Translations under genes and position numbers: made by a program | The notes under the pieces: generated by a model | Databases searched by the model: none | Told to the model about the DNA's origin: nothing | The model's input: only the letters and a program-made list of their open reading frames with translations | In this document: positions 36,650 through 51,117 of the stretch, in pieces | Position numbering within the stretch: the first letter of the stretch is position 1 | How the letters are laid out: each line of letters begins with the position of its first letter | From: Octopus sinensis | Lineage: Eukaryota | Assembly (NCBI RefSeq): GCF_006345805.1 | Contig: NW_021834325.1 | Span: forward strand, 1-51,222 | Length of the DNA stretch: 51,222 bases | Direction of reading: 5' to 3'

Positions 36650-39600
36650 TCTACCATTTTGGGGTTTCCTGGTATCTGAGTTAGGTAGCAATCAGCCCCT
36701 ATTTCGACGATGCCTTCAGGTTTGTGATCGTACCAACTTTTTGCGACTGTCAAGTCCATACTTGTTGCAGAATGTCCAATGGACACACCTGGCTATATTG
36801 TCGTGGCGTCTCTTATATTCCTTCTGGGCTAGTAGCCTACATTGGCTTGTAATATGCCATACGGTTTCACGTTTTGTCCACAGATTCTGCACTTATCACT
36901 TTCTGCCACGTTGTCTATTCTGTATTTTATGTAATGTATTCTTAGTGCTTGCTCTTGGGCAGCACAGATTAGAGCCTCATTTCCGGTTTTAAATCACTTT
37001 TAGTCATCCACAGACATCTTTTTTCTCTGTCTGTCTTATCTTCATCATCCCTATGAAATTGTCCATGCATTATTTTCTTTACCCACCTATTCTTAGTTTC
37101 ATTCGTTTTCAATTTCTTGTATTGTACTTTATCTTTGCAATCTTTCATCCTACACAAGCCTGATCTTCTTACTCCTAATAATAGCAGTTCTGTGACATTT
37201 TACATATCATACTATGTTGTTTTCTTCTCCACTAATGCTATGTTCGCATCCAATAACTCCTCTTCCCCCTCCTTTTCTTAGTTCATACAGTCTGTCTGTG
37301 TCACTTTTTGGGTGGAGTGACCCATATCTAGTTAGCAACTTCCTTGTCTTTCTGTCTAAGGTGTTTAGTTCATCTACTCTCCATGCGATTACCCTTGCTC
37401 CATATCTAAGTAGTGAAACCGCATTGGTGTTGATAGCTTCGATCTTATTCCGTCCATTTAAATTTTTCTGTTATTTCTTTCTCCATCAATTTATCCATTT
37501 CCAGTATCCTCAAGTACTTTTAGCCCGTCTCTTCTATCTGCTTCATAACCTCCCCCGACGGTATCGTTAGCCCGTCCATACATCTGATTTGGCCTCTCTT
37601 CAAGACTAACACACCTCACTTTCTCTGTCCGAACTCCATTCAGGACTGAAGGTATACATCGTATCAACGACAGAACTGACTTGGGCTTCATCTTTACCAT
37701 AAAGTTTGAGGTCATCCATGAATATCAAATGGTTGACTTTTTGCTGGCGGCTTTTGAATACATACCCAGCTTTTGCTTTCCTCAGAATCAGTGTTAGTGA
37801 TATCAAGCACAGTACAAAGAAAATGGCCCTCCTAATTTCTACTGTCCCTAAACTTCTTCCGTATGCTGTTAAGTCTGTCCTCCAATTCGCCATACTTTTT
37901 CCAAGCAATTGCTCAACATTCGATGCAATCCCAAACACTTCATACACTCCATAATCCAAGAATGTGGGATCATATCGTACGCCTTACGATAGTCGATCCA
38001 TGACATGGCTAAGTGAATTTTCCTCCTCTTGCAGTCTCTAAGTACAGTTTTGTCTATCAGGAGTTGATCCTTGGTACCTCTGCACTTACGCTTACAACCC
38101 TTCTGTTCATGTGGCAGGACTCCATTTTTTCCAGATATTCGACATTGACTCCAGTCAATAACTTCCACATAAGTGGCAAACAGGATATCAGCCTGTAATT
38201 GTCTACAGTATTGCCTTTTTCGATGTATTTCAGGCACAGCACTGTCCTACCCAACGTCAACCACTCTAGTGTTCCTTGGTCGGTATTTAACAAGGTGTTG
38301 AGTTGCGCAGCTATTCGTGCATTACATTCACGAAATCTTTTGATCCAGTAGCCTTGAACTCCATCTGGTCCCGGGGCCTTCCAGTTGCTCATTGTTTTGC
38401 TGATTTGCTTCACGTCCTTAACTGAAATTACTGGTTCTACCTGTTTTGGACAGACTATTGTTTGTTTCAGTTCTTGCAACCATTCAGCATCCTTCTTGTG
38501 TTCCTTGTCTTTGCTTCAGATGTCACTCCAAAACCTTTGACTTTCAATGTTATCTGGTATCAACTTCTCATCTGTACCCTCTCCGTTTATTTCTTTATAG
38601 AATCTCTTCTGATCTACTCTGAATGACCTATTCTGGTGGTAACCCTTCATTCTTTGGTCGTATCTTACATCTTTGCTTTCTTTGCAACGAGGCACTGTTT
38701 CAGTTCCTCCACTACTACTTTTAGGTCCTTTCTTTCAATATTATACTTCCTTTTCAGCGCCCTGTATTTTTGTTTGCTTTTAAGCTCCCATTTCGCTTTT
38801 CTGTCTAATACAGAGATTTCCAGCGAGAGCGTGTCTAACCCTACCTGGATTCTTCTTTTCCACCATGGATCTTTTCTTTTGTCACTCCCATTATGTTTCT
38901 TTTTCTTGACATCAAAACCCACGTTTTCTGCTACAACAATACTTGCTGCCTTGATCAAATTATTTATTTCTGTGATGTTGTTCTGATGTATTTCAGAAGT
39001 TCATTGACATTTTTGGTTTCTTGGTTCAATTTCCATCGATCAACCTTTTTTAAGGTTGCAAATAACGCCCGTATCGTTCTCCTGTAGTCTTACCTTTATT
39101 CTGTCGTAGATTGCCTTTTGTTCATCTGTTATGTCACCATTAGTTTTTTTGTCTTCTTTTAGATCATCTATATGTCTCTCATCTAGTAAACTACCACTGC
39201 TCCTTTCCTGTGCTATGGGATTACACTTATTAGTAAGAACTCTATTTTTCGTTGTTATCTCTGCTGCTATTTTCTATGACCTGTCTTTTAATAGCTTCGA
39301 GCTCTAATTCTGTGAACCAACAATTTTTCCTTAATGCTCTAGCTTGATCAGATAGTCTCTGTTCCGTGAGTTGAAACAATCCCTTTTCTCTCCAATGATC
39401 TTACATACGTTGTCGGTAACCCCTAATTTGAGAACCATTTTCATCTACCGGGCTGCTCAGGTAGTAACACTTCATGACCACAGCATTGGTTGCTTGTTCC
39501 ATCTACGTCGTGTGTGGTGGTTCCTTTCCGGATATCGACAGGCTGGAGCCGGACCAGAATCTCTGAGCCTACCGGGTGTAACACTGTCACCACCATTGGC

Positions 39601-39760
39601 TTCAGTTTCATTACCACCGTTATTCAGAATATTTTGTTTTTTCATTATCACTCATATAAGGTAGCGATTATGAGGTTGCGCAATTACCAGTGTTTTATTG
39701 TGACAACATCGCTAGATGTATCATTAATCAGCTCACGAGGAGAGAAGTCTCCACCCGTTT
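36650..39760 (-). mobile_element. Old, degraded R4/Dong element, copy B (distinct family), with N-terminus; 5' end abuts (TAA)n
   Basis: RRRWNKQ...QRLSDQARALRKN (frameshifted), [49 protein letters not shown]...SDLKPE, CRIC; 3' end truncated. Confidence 0.88.
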
Positions 39761-39764
39761 CCTG

Positions 39765-39801
<37 letters not shown>

Positions 39802-39805
<4 letters not shown>

Positions 39806-40228
39806 TAGTTTTATTTTTATAGCGTGCTTTCACTTCACTACCGAGCGCAGCTCTGTGTGCCTTGGGTATGTGCTGTGATTTGTTGTGATGCTCTGATGGT
39901 TATTGTATGGAAAGTGTTCTGCGTAGGATGTGTGCAGTGCCTAGTAGTAGTGCATTTTCTGTATGTTATATGTGTTTGTAAGTCCTGGTGTTTTTGTTAT
40001 GTATTTGTCTGAATATTTTTATCATGCCTAATGCACCTACTATGATAGGAATTGTTCTGTTTCAGGTTTCACATTCTAGTTATCTCTATTTCCAGGTCTT
40101 TGTATTTTGAGAGTTTCTCCATTTCTTTTAGAGACACGTTGTCATCTGCCGGTATTGATACATCAATTAGAAGCATTTTTTCTTCATGATCTCTGACAAT
40201 ATATCTGGTTGTTGGCCTTAATTTCTCT
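39802..40228 (-). mobile_element. Dong copy C: short 5'-truncated 3' end, (TAA)n on both sides
   Basis: Near-identical to the 3' end of copy D (tcagtagttttatt...gcgtgctttcacttcactaccgagcgcagctc). Confidence 0.92.
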
Positions 40229-41054
40229 TTATTATCATTATTATTATTATTATTATTTTATTATTATTATTATATTATTTTATTATTATTATTATTATTA
40301 TTATTATATTATGTGGTAGTTGGGCCTCAGATAGCTATACTATCATAATAGTGTAGTTGTAGTGTTAATTTACTGTTAGCAGTATTTAGTATTAGCAGCT
40401 CTAGCATATTATCATTATTATTATTATTATTTTTATCATTATCACCATCACCACCACCACCACCACCACCATTGTTTTAGGGAAAAGTTGGGTAGCAGTT
40501 TGGTGAATAGATCATATTCTACAGGTCTTTAACTAGATTCGGCAGATGGTGGGGAGGTCAGCCATAGAGGCAAAATACCCTTCGCACCCTTTAGGTCAGT
40601 AGAGGTCAAATGTGTTTACTACTACCAGTGGATACTGGAAGCGCTGCCTTGAAAAGAAGCGATTCAACCGGTTCTATTTGTAATTACTGGTAGAAAAAAC
40701 AACAATAATATAATAATAATAATAATAATAATAATGATATATATATATACATGCACACACACATACACACACACACATATATATATATACACATACACAC
40801 GCATATATTCTGATATTCACGTCGTTGAATTTTTGAATTTCTGAATTCAATTGTGTTATTGCAATAAAAAGTGTGTTTACGTATTAGGGTAATATATTCA
40901 AGTTTTCAAGTTTTCTTGAGATGTTCGTTTGTCTGTCCAGTTGGAGAATACAGTAGGACTTTTGCAATGAAAAGGATGTTTACATTTTTGAATACTCAGG
41001 GAGAGTCAAAAAGAAAAAAAAAACAAGTTGTAGATAGGCGCAGGAGTGGCTATA

Positions 41055-41457
41055 GGCGCAGGAGTGGCTGTGTGGTAAGTAGCTTGCTAACCAACCACAT
41101 GGTTCTGGGTTCAGTCTCACTGCGTGGCATCTTGGGCAAGTGTCTTCTGCTACAGCCCCGGCCGACCAATGCCTTGTGAGTGGATTTGGTAGACGGAAAC
41201 TGAAAGAAGCCGTCGTATATATGTATATGTGTGTGTGTGTTCTGTGTTTGTCCCCCCCAAATCGCTTGACAACCGATGCTGGTGTGTTTACGTCCCCGTC
41301 ACTTAGCGGTTCGGCAAAAGGAGACCGATAGAATAAGTACTGGGCTTACAAAGAATAAGTCCCGGGGTCGATTTGCTCGACTAAAGGCGGTGCTCCAGCA
41401 TGGCCGCAGTCAAATGACTGAAACAAGTAAAAGAGTAAAAGAGTAAAGAGAGTAAAG
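41055..41457 (+). mobile_element. Full-length, well-preserved main tRNA-derived SINE
   Basis: Head ggcgcaggagtggctgtgtggtaag (A-box-like) and gggttcagtctc (B-box-like); short internal microsatellite; (AAAAGAGT)n-type tail. Confidence 0.93.
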
Positions 41458-41708
41458 TTTTAAGAGTAACTAAATATGGTCTTTTGTATGACCGCACAGA
41501 GAGAGATGGTAGTGTTCTTTGAATAAAAAGGAGGATGATGTTTACATTTTCGAATATTCAGGGAGAGATGAAAGGATAAGTCGTCACACATTAGTTGTAG
41601 ATATTAAAGATTTTTTTAAAGCTGATCGTTTGTGTGTTCGAAAGCTGAAGGTAAGTTTCCTAACTCCTTTTATTTTGAGGGAGATTTAAAAATAAAAATT
41701 ATTATTAC

Positions 41709-41740
<32 letters not shown>

Positions 41741-41768
41741 TATTAATTATTATTATTATTATTATTAT

Positions 41769-44623
41769 TCAGTAGTTTTATTTTATTGCGTGCTTTCACT
41801 TCACTACCGAGCGCAGCTCTGTGTGCCTGGGTATGTGCTGTGATTTGTTGTGATGCTCTGATGGTTATTGTATGGAAAGTGTTCTGCGTAGGATGTGTGC
41901 AGTGCCTAGTAGTGCAATTTTCTGTATGTTATATGTGTTTGTAAGTCCTGGTGTTTTTGTTATGTATTTGTCTGAATATTTTTTTATCATGCCTAATGCA
42001 CCTACTATGATAGGAATTGTTTCTGATTTCAGGTTCCACATTCTAGTTACCTCTATTTCCAGGTCTTTGTATTTTGAAAGTTTCTCCATTTCTTTTAGAG
42101 ACACGTTGTCATCTGCCGGTATTGATACATCAATTAGAAAGCATTTTTTTTCTTCATGGTCTCTGACAACTATATCTGGTCTGTTGGTCTTAATTTCTCT
42201 ATCTGTGTGTATCGGCATATCCCAGAGTATGGTTGCTTTCTCGTTTCTGTGACCTTTTCTGGTGTGTGCCTATACCATCTTTTTCTGTTGTTATTCCATA
42301 ATGTTGGCATAGTTTCCAATGTATGTAGGTTCCAACTCTGTCATGTCTGTGAATATATTCCTTCTTAGCCAGGACTGGGCAGCTAGAGATAATATGATTG
42401 TTTCTTGTCCATCTCCACATATTCTGCAGTTACTTGTAATATTTCTTTTCATTACATGTTTTTGGTAATTTCTGGTGGTGAGGCTTTGGTCTTGTGCTGC
42501 AATTAAAAATCCCTCTGTCTCTGCTTTGAGTCCTGAGCTTCTCAACCATTGCTGGGATTTTTCTTTGTCTATTTCTTTTGCGTTTAGTTTAGTGCAGTAT
42601 TTACCATGAAGGGGTTTTTCTTGCCATCGTTTTATCATGGCTCGTTGCTGTTCTAATTTTAGTTTGGATTTCATTTGTTTTATAGCTTTTGTTGTTTCTT
42701 CATCATCTTCTTCTTCTTCTTTGTGTTTATTAGGTGGTATGATTTCTTGTTTGTATTTGTCAGCTTCCTTAAATACTGAGAACAGTTTTTTGTTTTGCTC
42801 GTGTTTTGCCGCTATCTGGATCAGTTTTCCTTCCTTCTGAAGTAGGTATTTTTGCAGTCCTATGGTGGTTATTTTATAGTAGTTTCCAGCTGTATAAGGC
42901 CTCTACCACCTTCTAACGTTGTATATATAGTCTTTCTATGTCAGATTTTGGGTGATGATGATCCTAGATCCTGTCAGTATTTTTCTTGTTTTCCTATCTA
43001 TTTTGGACAGTTCATTTCGTGTCCAGTTAAGGATATTGTAGCTGTAACTTATACTGGGACAGCTAAAGTGTTGATACCTATTATCTTGTTTTTAGCATTG
43101 AGCTCTGTTTTTAGTATTGATCTAACTCGTCTATAATATTCTTTTTTATTTTCTCTTTCATTTGTGTGTGTTGTGTCTTATCTAGTTCATGGATTCCTAA
43201 GTATTTGTAAGTTTGGCTTTGGTCTAATTCTTTTATTTCATTGGTTTTATCTAGTGTGATGTTGTTACTCTTAACTAGTTTTTCCTTTTTCATGGTTACT
43301 TTGGCGCATTTTTCTAATCCAAATTTCATATCTATTTTTGCTAAATCATGAACAGCTGTTTGTCATTTGCAGCGTATAGTTTTAGGTCATCCATATATAA
43401 AAGGTGGCTGATCGTTTTTTGCCGTAACATTTATATCCGCATCCAGTTTATTTAGCATATCAGATAGAGGTGACAGTGCCAAGCAGAAAAGAAAGTGGAA
43501 AGAGCGTGTCTCCCTGGAATATTCCTCTTCTAATGGGGATGTCTTTGGTTTTCATGAGTCCCTCTATTGTTTGGAGGTGTAGGACTGTTTGCCATTTATT
43601 CATAGAGTGCTCTATGATTTTATGATTGTTGGTGCTACTTTGTTAATGGCTAGTGTTTCGAGGATCCATGTGTGGGGGATGCTATCAAACGCCTTTTTGT
43701 AGTCAATCCAGGCCATACTGAGGCCTTTCTTCTTTCTGTGGCTGTCTTCAGTTACGGCTTTATTAATCATTAGTTGATCTTTACAGCCATATGAGCCCTT
43801 GCGGCATCCTTTCTGCTCTTCTGGAACAGTTTGTTTTCGTCCAGGTGCTTGTTCAGCCTTTGCGATATCACTGGAGTAAATGCCTTGAACATAGTAGGAA
43901 GGCAGTTTATTGGTCTGTAGTTTTCTGGTTGTTTGTTTCATTTGATTTGGGAATTAAGATGGTTTTCCCCTTCGTGAGCCATTCAGGCATTGTCTCTGGC
44001 TCTGCTAGTATGCTGTTAAAGTTTTCAGCCAGCTTTTTGTGCATTCCTGTTAGATATTTCAACGAGAAGTTGGGGATCTTGTCATGCCCAGGTGCCTTCC
44101 AGTTGCTTAGTTTTTGCAGTGCCTGGGTGACCTCTTCAGTTGTTATGAGGGCTCCAAAGTTGTTCAGATGCCGAGTTTGTTATTTTCATACTCCTTTTTT
44201 TTGGCTGTTCGTTCGCCGACCATATTTCTCTCCAGAATTCTTCCAATTCTTCTGCCGTTGTGCTGCAGTGACTTCTATTTTATTTTTGCCAGTTCTTGGT
44301 AGAACTTTTTGGGTCGGAGTTGAACTTTTTCTTCTGTTCAAAGAAGCGTTGGCGTTTCTCGTACGGCGGATCCTTTGAGCTTTGGCAAGGATATCTTGCT
44401 TCAGTTTCTTTTATCTCCGGCAAATCTTTTCTGTGATGTTATATTTGCGGAGCATTTTTGTTCTCTTTTTGTTGCTCAGTAGCGTTGCTTGTTTGCTGAT
44501 TTCATTAAGAATCGACAGGTCTTTTCTAATTTTTTTAATTTTGTTTTAGATGTTATTTATCCACAGGGTTTGTTTGGGTGGTGGTACTCCTGTTTGGGCG
44601 GGTTTGGGTGAGTATCCAGCTTC

Positions 44624-44626
<3 letters not shown>
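41769..44626 (-). mobile_element. Dong copy D: 5'-truncated ~2.86 kb, inserted in (TAA)n
   Basis: WKAPGHD, QKGCRKGSYGCKDQLMI, WIDYKKAFDSIPH, YMDDLK, KPLHGKY...SGLKAETEG, CRICG, RHD, RPDIVV, IDVSIP, KLSKYKDL; many frameshifts; ATT repeats at both ends. Confidence 0.93.
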
Positions 44627-44663
<37 letters not shown>

Positions 44664-44907
44664 GAGTGTGAGAGCAGTGCATGCCATCAAAGTGACACTG
44701 GGGTAAAAATATACAAAGCCCAGTATACCCGTCATGACTACCCGTCTGATAAGGATACACTAGGCACATGCATCACAACCATATGTGCGTGACATGGTGA
44801 TCTCATATCAAGATAAACAGCGCATGACCTTGCAGGTGGGGCCCAGTTAGAATTTTCTTCTGGTCGAGTAGCCCATCCCGCCCTTATTATCATCATCATC
44901 ATCATCA

Positions 44908-44975
<68 letters not shown>

Positions 44976-45273
44976 GTTATTATTATTATTATTTATGATT
45001 TTCTGTTGGACGTTTTTTCAATATTGAGAATCTAATTAATATTTCTCATCCCCTATGGTAATAGGTCGGGAATTGTATATGATATAATTAGTTTATTAAA
45101 TTCTAAATTCTGTCAACCGACAATTTTTGGAGCCGTCTAGATCGCGATTTATATATATTACACCTACATACATATAGGCAAATACATATAGATTACATAT
45201 ATATTTATGATAGGTAAATATATATATGTGTGTGTATATATATATAGTTATACATATGTCTGTTGTCTGTCTG

Positions 45274-45376
<103 letters not shown>

Positions 45377-46046
45377 GTGTATTCTCGCTGTCTCGATGTG
45401 TCACTATCTATTGATAACGGAAGAAATTAGTCAGAAGTTGGGCAAATACTGTTATTTATTATTATTACGTCTTCGTGCTTTATTTTCAGTCGCTGTAAAT
45501 TATGGAAGAGCATCTTTGATAATTTGTTCTTTCTTTATTAATATATAAAATATGTACATCATGAGAAACATTCTCTACACACAAAACCAACATGAAAACT
45601 ACATAAAGTTTATACATACATACATATATATATATATGTATATATATATATACATACACACTCACACACACAAGTATACAGATACACGTATTCATATATA
45701 CGTACAAATAGATGCCGATATTCACTTATTCAGATATTGCGACGTACAAGCTTATGCATACACATAATTACACGATCAAATGTGAAATAAAAACACAGGT
45801 ATAAACATACAAACTTAAGAGTGCTAGTCGCCTAGTTTTATACAAATTCATAAAGTTTTTAAGGAATAATTATAATGAATAATAATAATATAATGAATAA
45901 TAATATAATGAATAATAATATAATAATATAATGAATAATAATAATAATAATAATTATAATGAATAATAATAAGTCGTTCGTATGTATTTTCTCAAACGTT
46001 TTTCTCGTGGAGATGTGCGTATGTGTAGGTGTATATATGTATGTGT

Positions 46047-46421
46047 GGAGGCGCAATGGCCCAGTGGTTAGGGCAGCAGATTTGTGGTCATAGGATCGCG
46101 GTTTCGATTCACAGACCGGGCGTTGTGAGTGTTTATTGAGCGAAAACACTTAAAGCTACACGAGCCTCCGACAGGGGGCGGTGGAGAACTCTGCTGTACT
46201 CATGCACCATAACTTTCTCTCACTCTTTCTCCCTGTTTCCTTTGTACCTGTATTTCAAAGGGCCAGCCTTGTCACATACTGTCACAGTGAATCTCCCTGA
46301 GAACTACGTAAAGAGTACACGTGTCTGTGGAGTGCTCAACCACTCGCACTTTAATTTCACGAGCAGGCTGTTCCGTTGATCGGACCAACTGGAACCCTCG
46401 TCGTCGTAACCGACGGAGTAC
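46047..46421 (+). mobile_element. Full-length tRNA-derived SINE (second family)
   Basis: A box TGGCCCAGTGG, B-box-like GGTTTCGATTC; core tgtacctgtatttcaaagggccagccttgtcaca; ends in a (TA)/(TACA) tract. Confidence 0.88.
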
Positions 46422-46501
46422 CGTAGTAATATATGTATATGTAGGTGTATATATATGTATATGCATCTGTACATACATACATACATACATACATACATAC
46501 A

Positions 46502-46535
<34 letters not shown>

Positions 46536-46580
46536 CATACATACACGTGTATACACTCACACATTTATTTATGTACACAT

Positions 46581-47040
46581 ACAAGGTCTGATTGAAAAAA
46601 GTACCACACTGTTGCTATGGTAAGAGAATTAAAGTACGCCGGGTGAAGCCGCTTGGTACAGATTGACCTTGCACTCTATCGCGCATGCGCAATTAGTTAT
46701 AGCATTCTCGCTGTTTATAGCAATGCTTGGAAGTAAAGTGTGTTGAGTGTGGTCGTCTGAAAAAGATCGGGTTATAGCTGTACAGTATCTCCTTGTGTCG
46801 AGGTAGACGAAAACATTTTGAAAATGGTTATAACAGATAACGAATAGTGGATCTATGGCTACGACTCCAAAACCAATGTCTAGAACGATCAATATTCCAA
46901 AACATCGAGGAAACACGAGAAGCAGCTGATCGCTACCCCCACCCCAACAAAAAGGGAGTTCCAGGAATGTTTCCGTCAATGGACACGACACTGGATAAAG
47001 TGCGTGGCTTCAGAAGGAAACTGTTTCGAAGAAGATTAGA
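46581..47040 (+). mobile_element. Internally deleted mariner relic
   Basis: Terminus tacaaggtctgattgaaaaaagt; ITDNE*WIYGYDSKT and C-terminal EFQECFRQWTRHWIKCVASEGNCFEED*. Confidence 0.7.
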
Positions 47041-47049
47041 TACCAAATT

Positions 47050-47830
<781 letters not shown>

Positions 47831-48824
47831 TCTGTCTATCTTTACAACGGCATATATATTTCGATATATTGTTAACTGGATATTCAGTACTCCCTAACAT
47901 ATCAGTTGGCACTATTTAAAAGTTAATATACCGATTACGATACACAAACCATAACTTACGTGGTCTTACGATTTTCAGAAAGGATAGTCGAGAAAATTGA
48001 TCACAGTACTTAGCTTGTCCATAATTTAACGATCAGGTGATGGACAAAACCAAAGCCCATATTAGTGGGATATAATTTGGGAATATAACAGGTTGCAATT
48101 AAATATCTTACAACATTTAGTCTAGAGTACTATCAATCCATAAATCACCATTAAGACCGCCATAACTAACTCATCTTTAAATAAATAGATTCACATTTAA
48201 ACCACGTATCTATCGGCTTAATCTTCGATCATAAAAAATGCTTTTAATCATAGACACGGTCATTTGATACACTTGACTGAAGTTGTTATCTTTATTTCTT
48301 AATTAAGAGTAATAATTTTTGTGTCACAAGAAACCTGAAGTACGAGTTAAGGGAACAAGACAGTTGGGCAACAGAAATGATGCTTTACTAAATAACAAAA
48401 TGGCTGCAGATGTAGCTGTGTCGTTCACAACTTTACTTCTCAACTACATGGTTTCGAGTTTGATCAAGCTCAGCTGCATTATACGCAAATATTTAGTATT
48501 CTAGCATGTGGTTGACCACAGCTTCGTCTGTGTAATTTGGCAGATGGAAACTGGAGAATCAATAGAAGTGACTGTTCTTGTTCTTGGTTCTAAACTTAAA
48601 ACGTCACTCGTCTGACATGTATTTTTTGTTTAAAATTCAGTAAAAATAGTAGTTGTCAGTGGGGCCCCAATTAGATGGCCCTTTAAAAAAATAGACCCTC
48701 CTTACGACATTGGGATTAGGGGAGTTGCTGGTTTGAGTTTCGTTGTCCTTGCACCAACGGTCTTGGAGGAGTTAATGAACATAAAAATGAAATGGACAGA
48801 GAAGCATCACTCAAATTTATAATA

Positions 48825-48858
<34 letters not shown>

Positions 48859-48867
48859 TGGTGTGTG

Positions 48868-48879
<12 letters not shown>

Positions 48880-48902
<23 letters not shown>

Positions 48903-49120
48903 GCGTGTGTGTATGCCTTTGTGATTGTCCTTCCTCACCGCCTGACGACTGGTCTTGGTATATTTACGTCCCAGTAACCTAGCAGTTCGACAAAAGAGAC
49001 CCGTGGAATAAATGCCAGGCTTAAAAATATAAGCACTGGGTCAATTCGTTCGACTTAAACCCTTCAAAGCGGTGCTCCAGCATGGTCGAGGTCCAGTAAT
49101 TGAAAGAAGCGAAAGACAAA
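48880..49120 (+). mobile_element. Degraded main SINE, 3' half
   Basis: ttacgtcccagtaacctagcagttcgacaaaagagacc...gcggtgctccagcatgg. Confidence 0.8.
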
Positions 49121-49915
49121 AGAGAAAAGATGAATTTTATATGCTTGATATAATTTTGTGAACATAAAAAATTGCTGTTAATGATAATTTGATATCATAG
49201 AGTTAATTACCAAATAATTAATTACGGTAGTCTGTAACACATAAATTATTAAAGTTCACTTACTGCTTCTTAGAATTAAATCTTTGGACAAAATTCAATA
49301 TTTATTATATATTTAAAGTACTCGACAAAATACTTGAATACTCGACAAAATAAATGTACAAAATTGTTGTACTTTGGAAGGATCATAGTGCCAACAGAGG
49401 CAGACGCACTGGTTGTAATTCACTTCGGTGTTATTATCAACAAATTTTGCAATTATTTAATTAATTAGGAAATAGATAAGCTAATTGAATAATTGGTCTT
49501 TCATCACATTCTCCTCTTACATCATCTCCGTATTATCAGACAAAGAGTGCAGAATAGGTGTAAGAAGATCGAGCCGTCACTTGATAAGGTCATACACTGT
49601 GCCGAAAGAACTTCGACAAACCAATTAGTTAATTGATTAATTAATTAATTAATTAGTTAATTGATAATCAAGTAAGTTAATTACAACCACTGTGTGTGTG
49701 TGTGTGTGTGCATGTGTGTGTTATATTGGCAGAATAGTCTTCTTAAAAGTACAAGAATTTTAATTTCAAGTCACGATTTCACATTAAGAATCTAAGAAAA
49801 CAGAAGGAAAATTTGAATTTCCAAAATGATTTTTTATGAAATATGCTTTGATATAGGTTGTTATAATAAAAAATCATTTCCATAAACAGTCGTTTCAATA
49901 AAAAGTCGTTATATA

Positions 49916-50055
49916 GGCGCAGGCGTGACTGTGTGGTTAATTCTAGGTTCAATCCCACTGCGTGGTACCTTGGGAAAGTGTCTTCCACTATAGTCACGGG
50001 CTGACCAAAGCTTTGTGAGTGGATTTGGTAGACGGAAACTTGAAGAAGCCCGTCG

Positions 50056-50118
<63 letters not shown>

Positions 50119-50342
50119 CATGTGTGTGTGTGGGTGTCTGTGTCTGTGTTTGCCTCCCCCGCCATCACTTGACAACGGAGGCTGGTGTGTTTATGACCCT
50201 GTTACTTAGCGGTTCGGCAAAAGAGACCGATAGAAAAAATACTGGGGTTACAATGAATAAGTTCTGGGATCGATTTGTTCAATTAAAGGCGGTGCTCCAG
50301 CATGGCCACAGTCAAATAACTGAAAGAAGTAAAAGAATAAAA
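49916..50342 (+). mobile_element. Full-length main SINE (small deletion in head)
   Basis: ggcgcaggcgtgactgtgtgg...gaagcccgtcg(TA)n...ggcggtgctccagcatggccacagtcaaataactgaaa. Confidence 0.9.
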
Positions 50343-51008
50343 ACAATATGAAAAGTTGAGCCACGAGTCTGCGAGAATGGCGGGGCAATGGAAGAATACT
50401 GCGAAAGAGGAATGGTATTAGAATGGTGTTGTTTTAGCGTTCTGGGATGTACTAGAGTCAAGACTGAGAAAGTTTGATGCTGCCTTGAAGATGATGGGTG
50501 TATCTTTGGATGTAGTAACGTTTGGGTTTTGGATAGACTGAATTGAAGCGATAGTATTCATGAAATGATGACACGGTGGTGTTGTGGATGTGTCGAGAAC
50601 CTGTGAGAAGAATGATGGTGGTTTCTTGTTGTTCAAGAAATACGGTTCTGCAATCTCTTTCTGAAAATCTGCACAAATGATTTGCTTATAGTTATCAAAT
50701 GTATGTGTGGTGCATTAGCTCACCCTCTTCCATCAATTCCACCTTGCCAGAACAGGTGCATGGTGTACCACAGGTCAGGTGTCGAAGTAATCGCAGAGCA
50801 ACGTGGAGTGAAGTGTTTAGCTCCAGAACACAACGCACCTCTTCTCGCGGCAGTGAATGCATTCGACAATGCATTAGGCAATGCGTTCTCACGTGAGAGC
50901 AATAGTGAGGTTATAATATCATTATGTTGAGGAAACATCAGTAATAAAGCGAAAGCGAAAAATAACGATAAACCAGCGAATAATTGTAGGAAGTGTATAA
51001 TATTATAC

Positions 51009-51117
51009 ACTAATAATATTTAATCCATAATCGTCAGTCCGACAAAATATATTCTGTTTTACATTCATTGAGTATATATTTTGTCGGAGTAACGATCATG
51101 GATTAAATATTTATAGT
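51009..51117. repeat. Short imperfect hairpin (~40-bp arms)
   Basis: aatatttaatccataatcgtcagtccgacaaaatatat versus the reverse complement of atatattttgtcggagtaacgatcatggattaaatatt. Confidence 0.8.

Noticed and set aside
48706-48761. Candidate 56-nt minus-strand exon (AAG acceptor, GTAAGG donor)
   Set aside because: Splice-like signals alone are common by chance and no recognisable peptide results.
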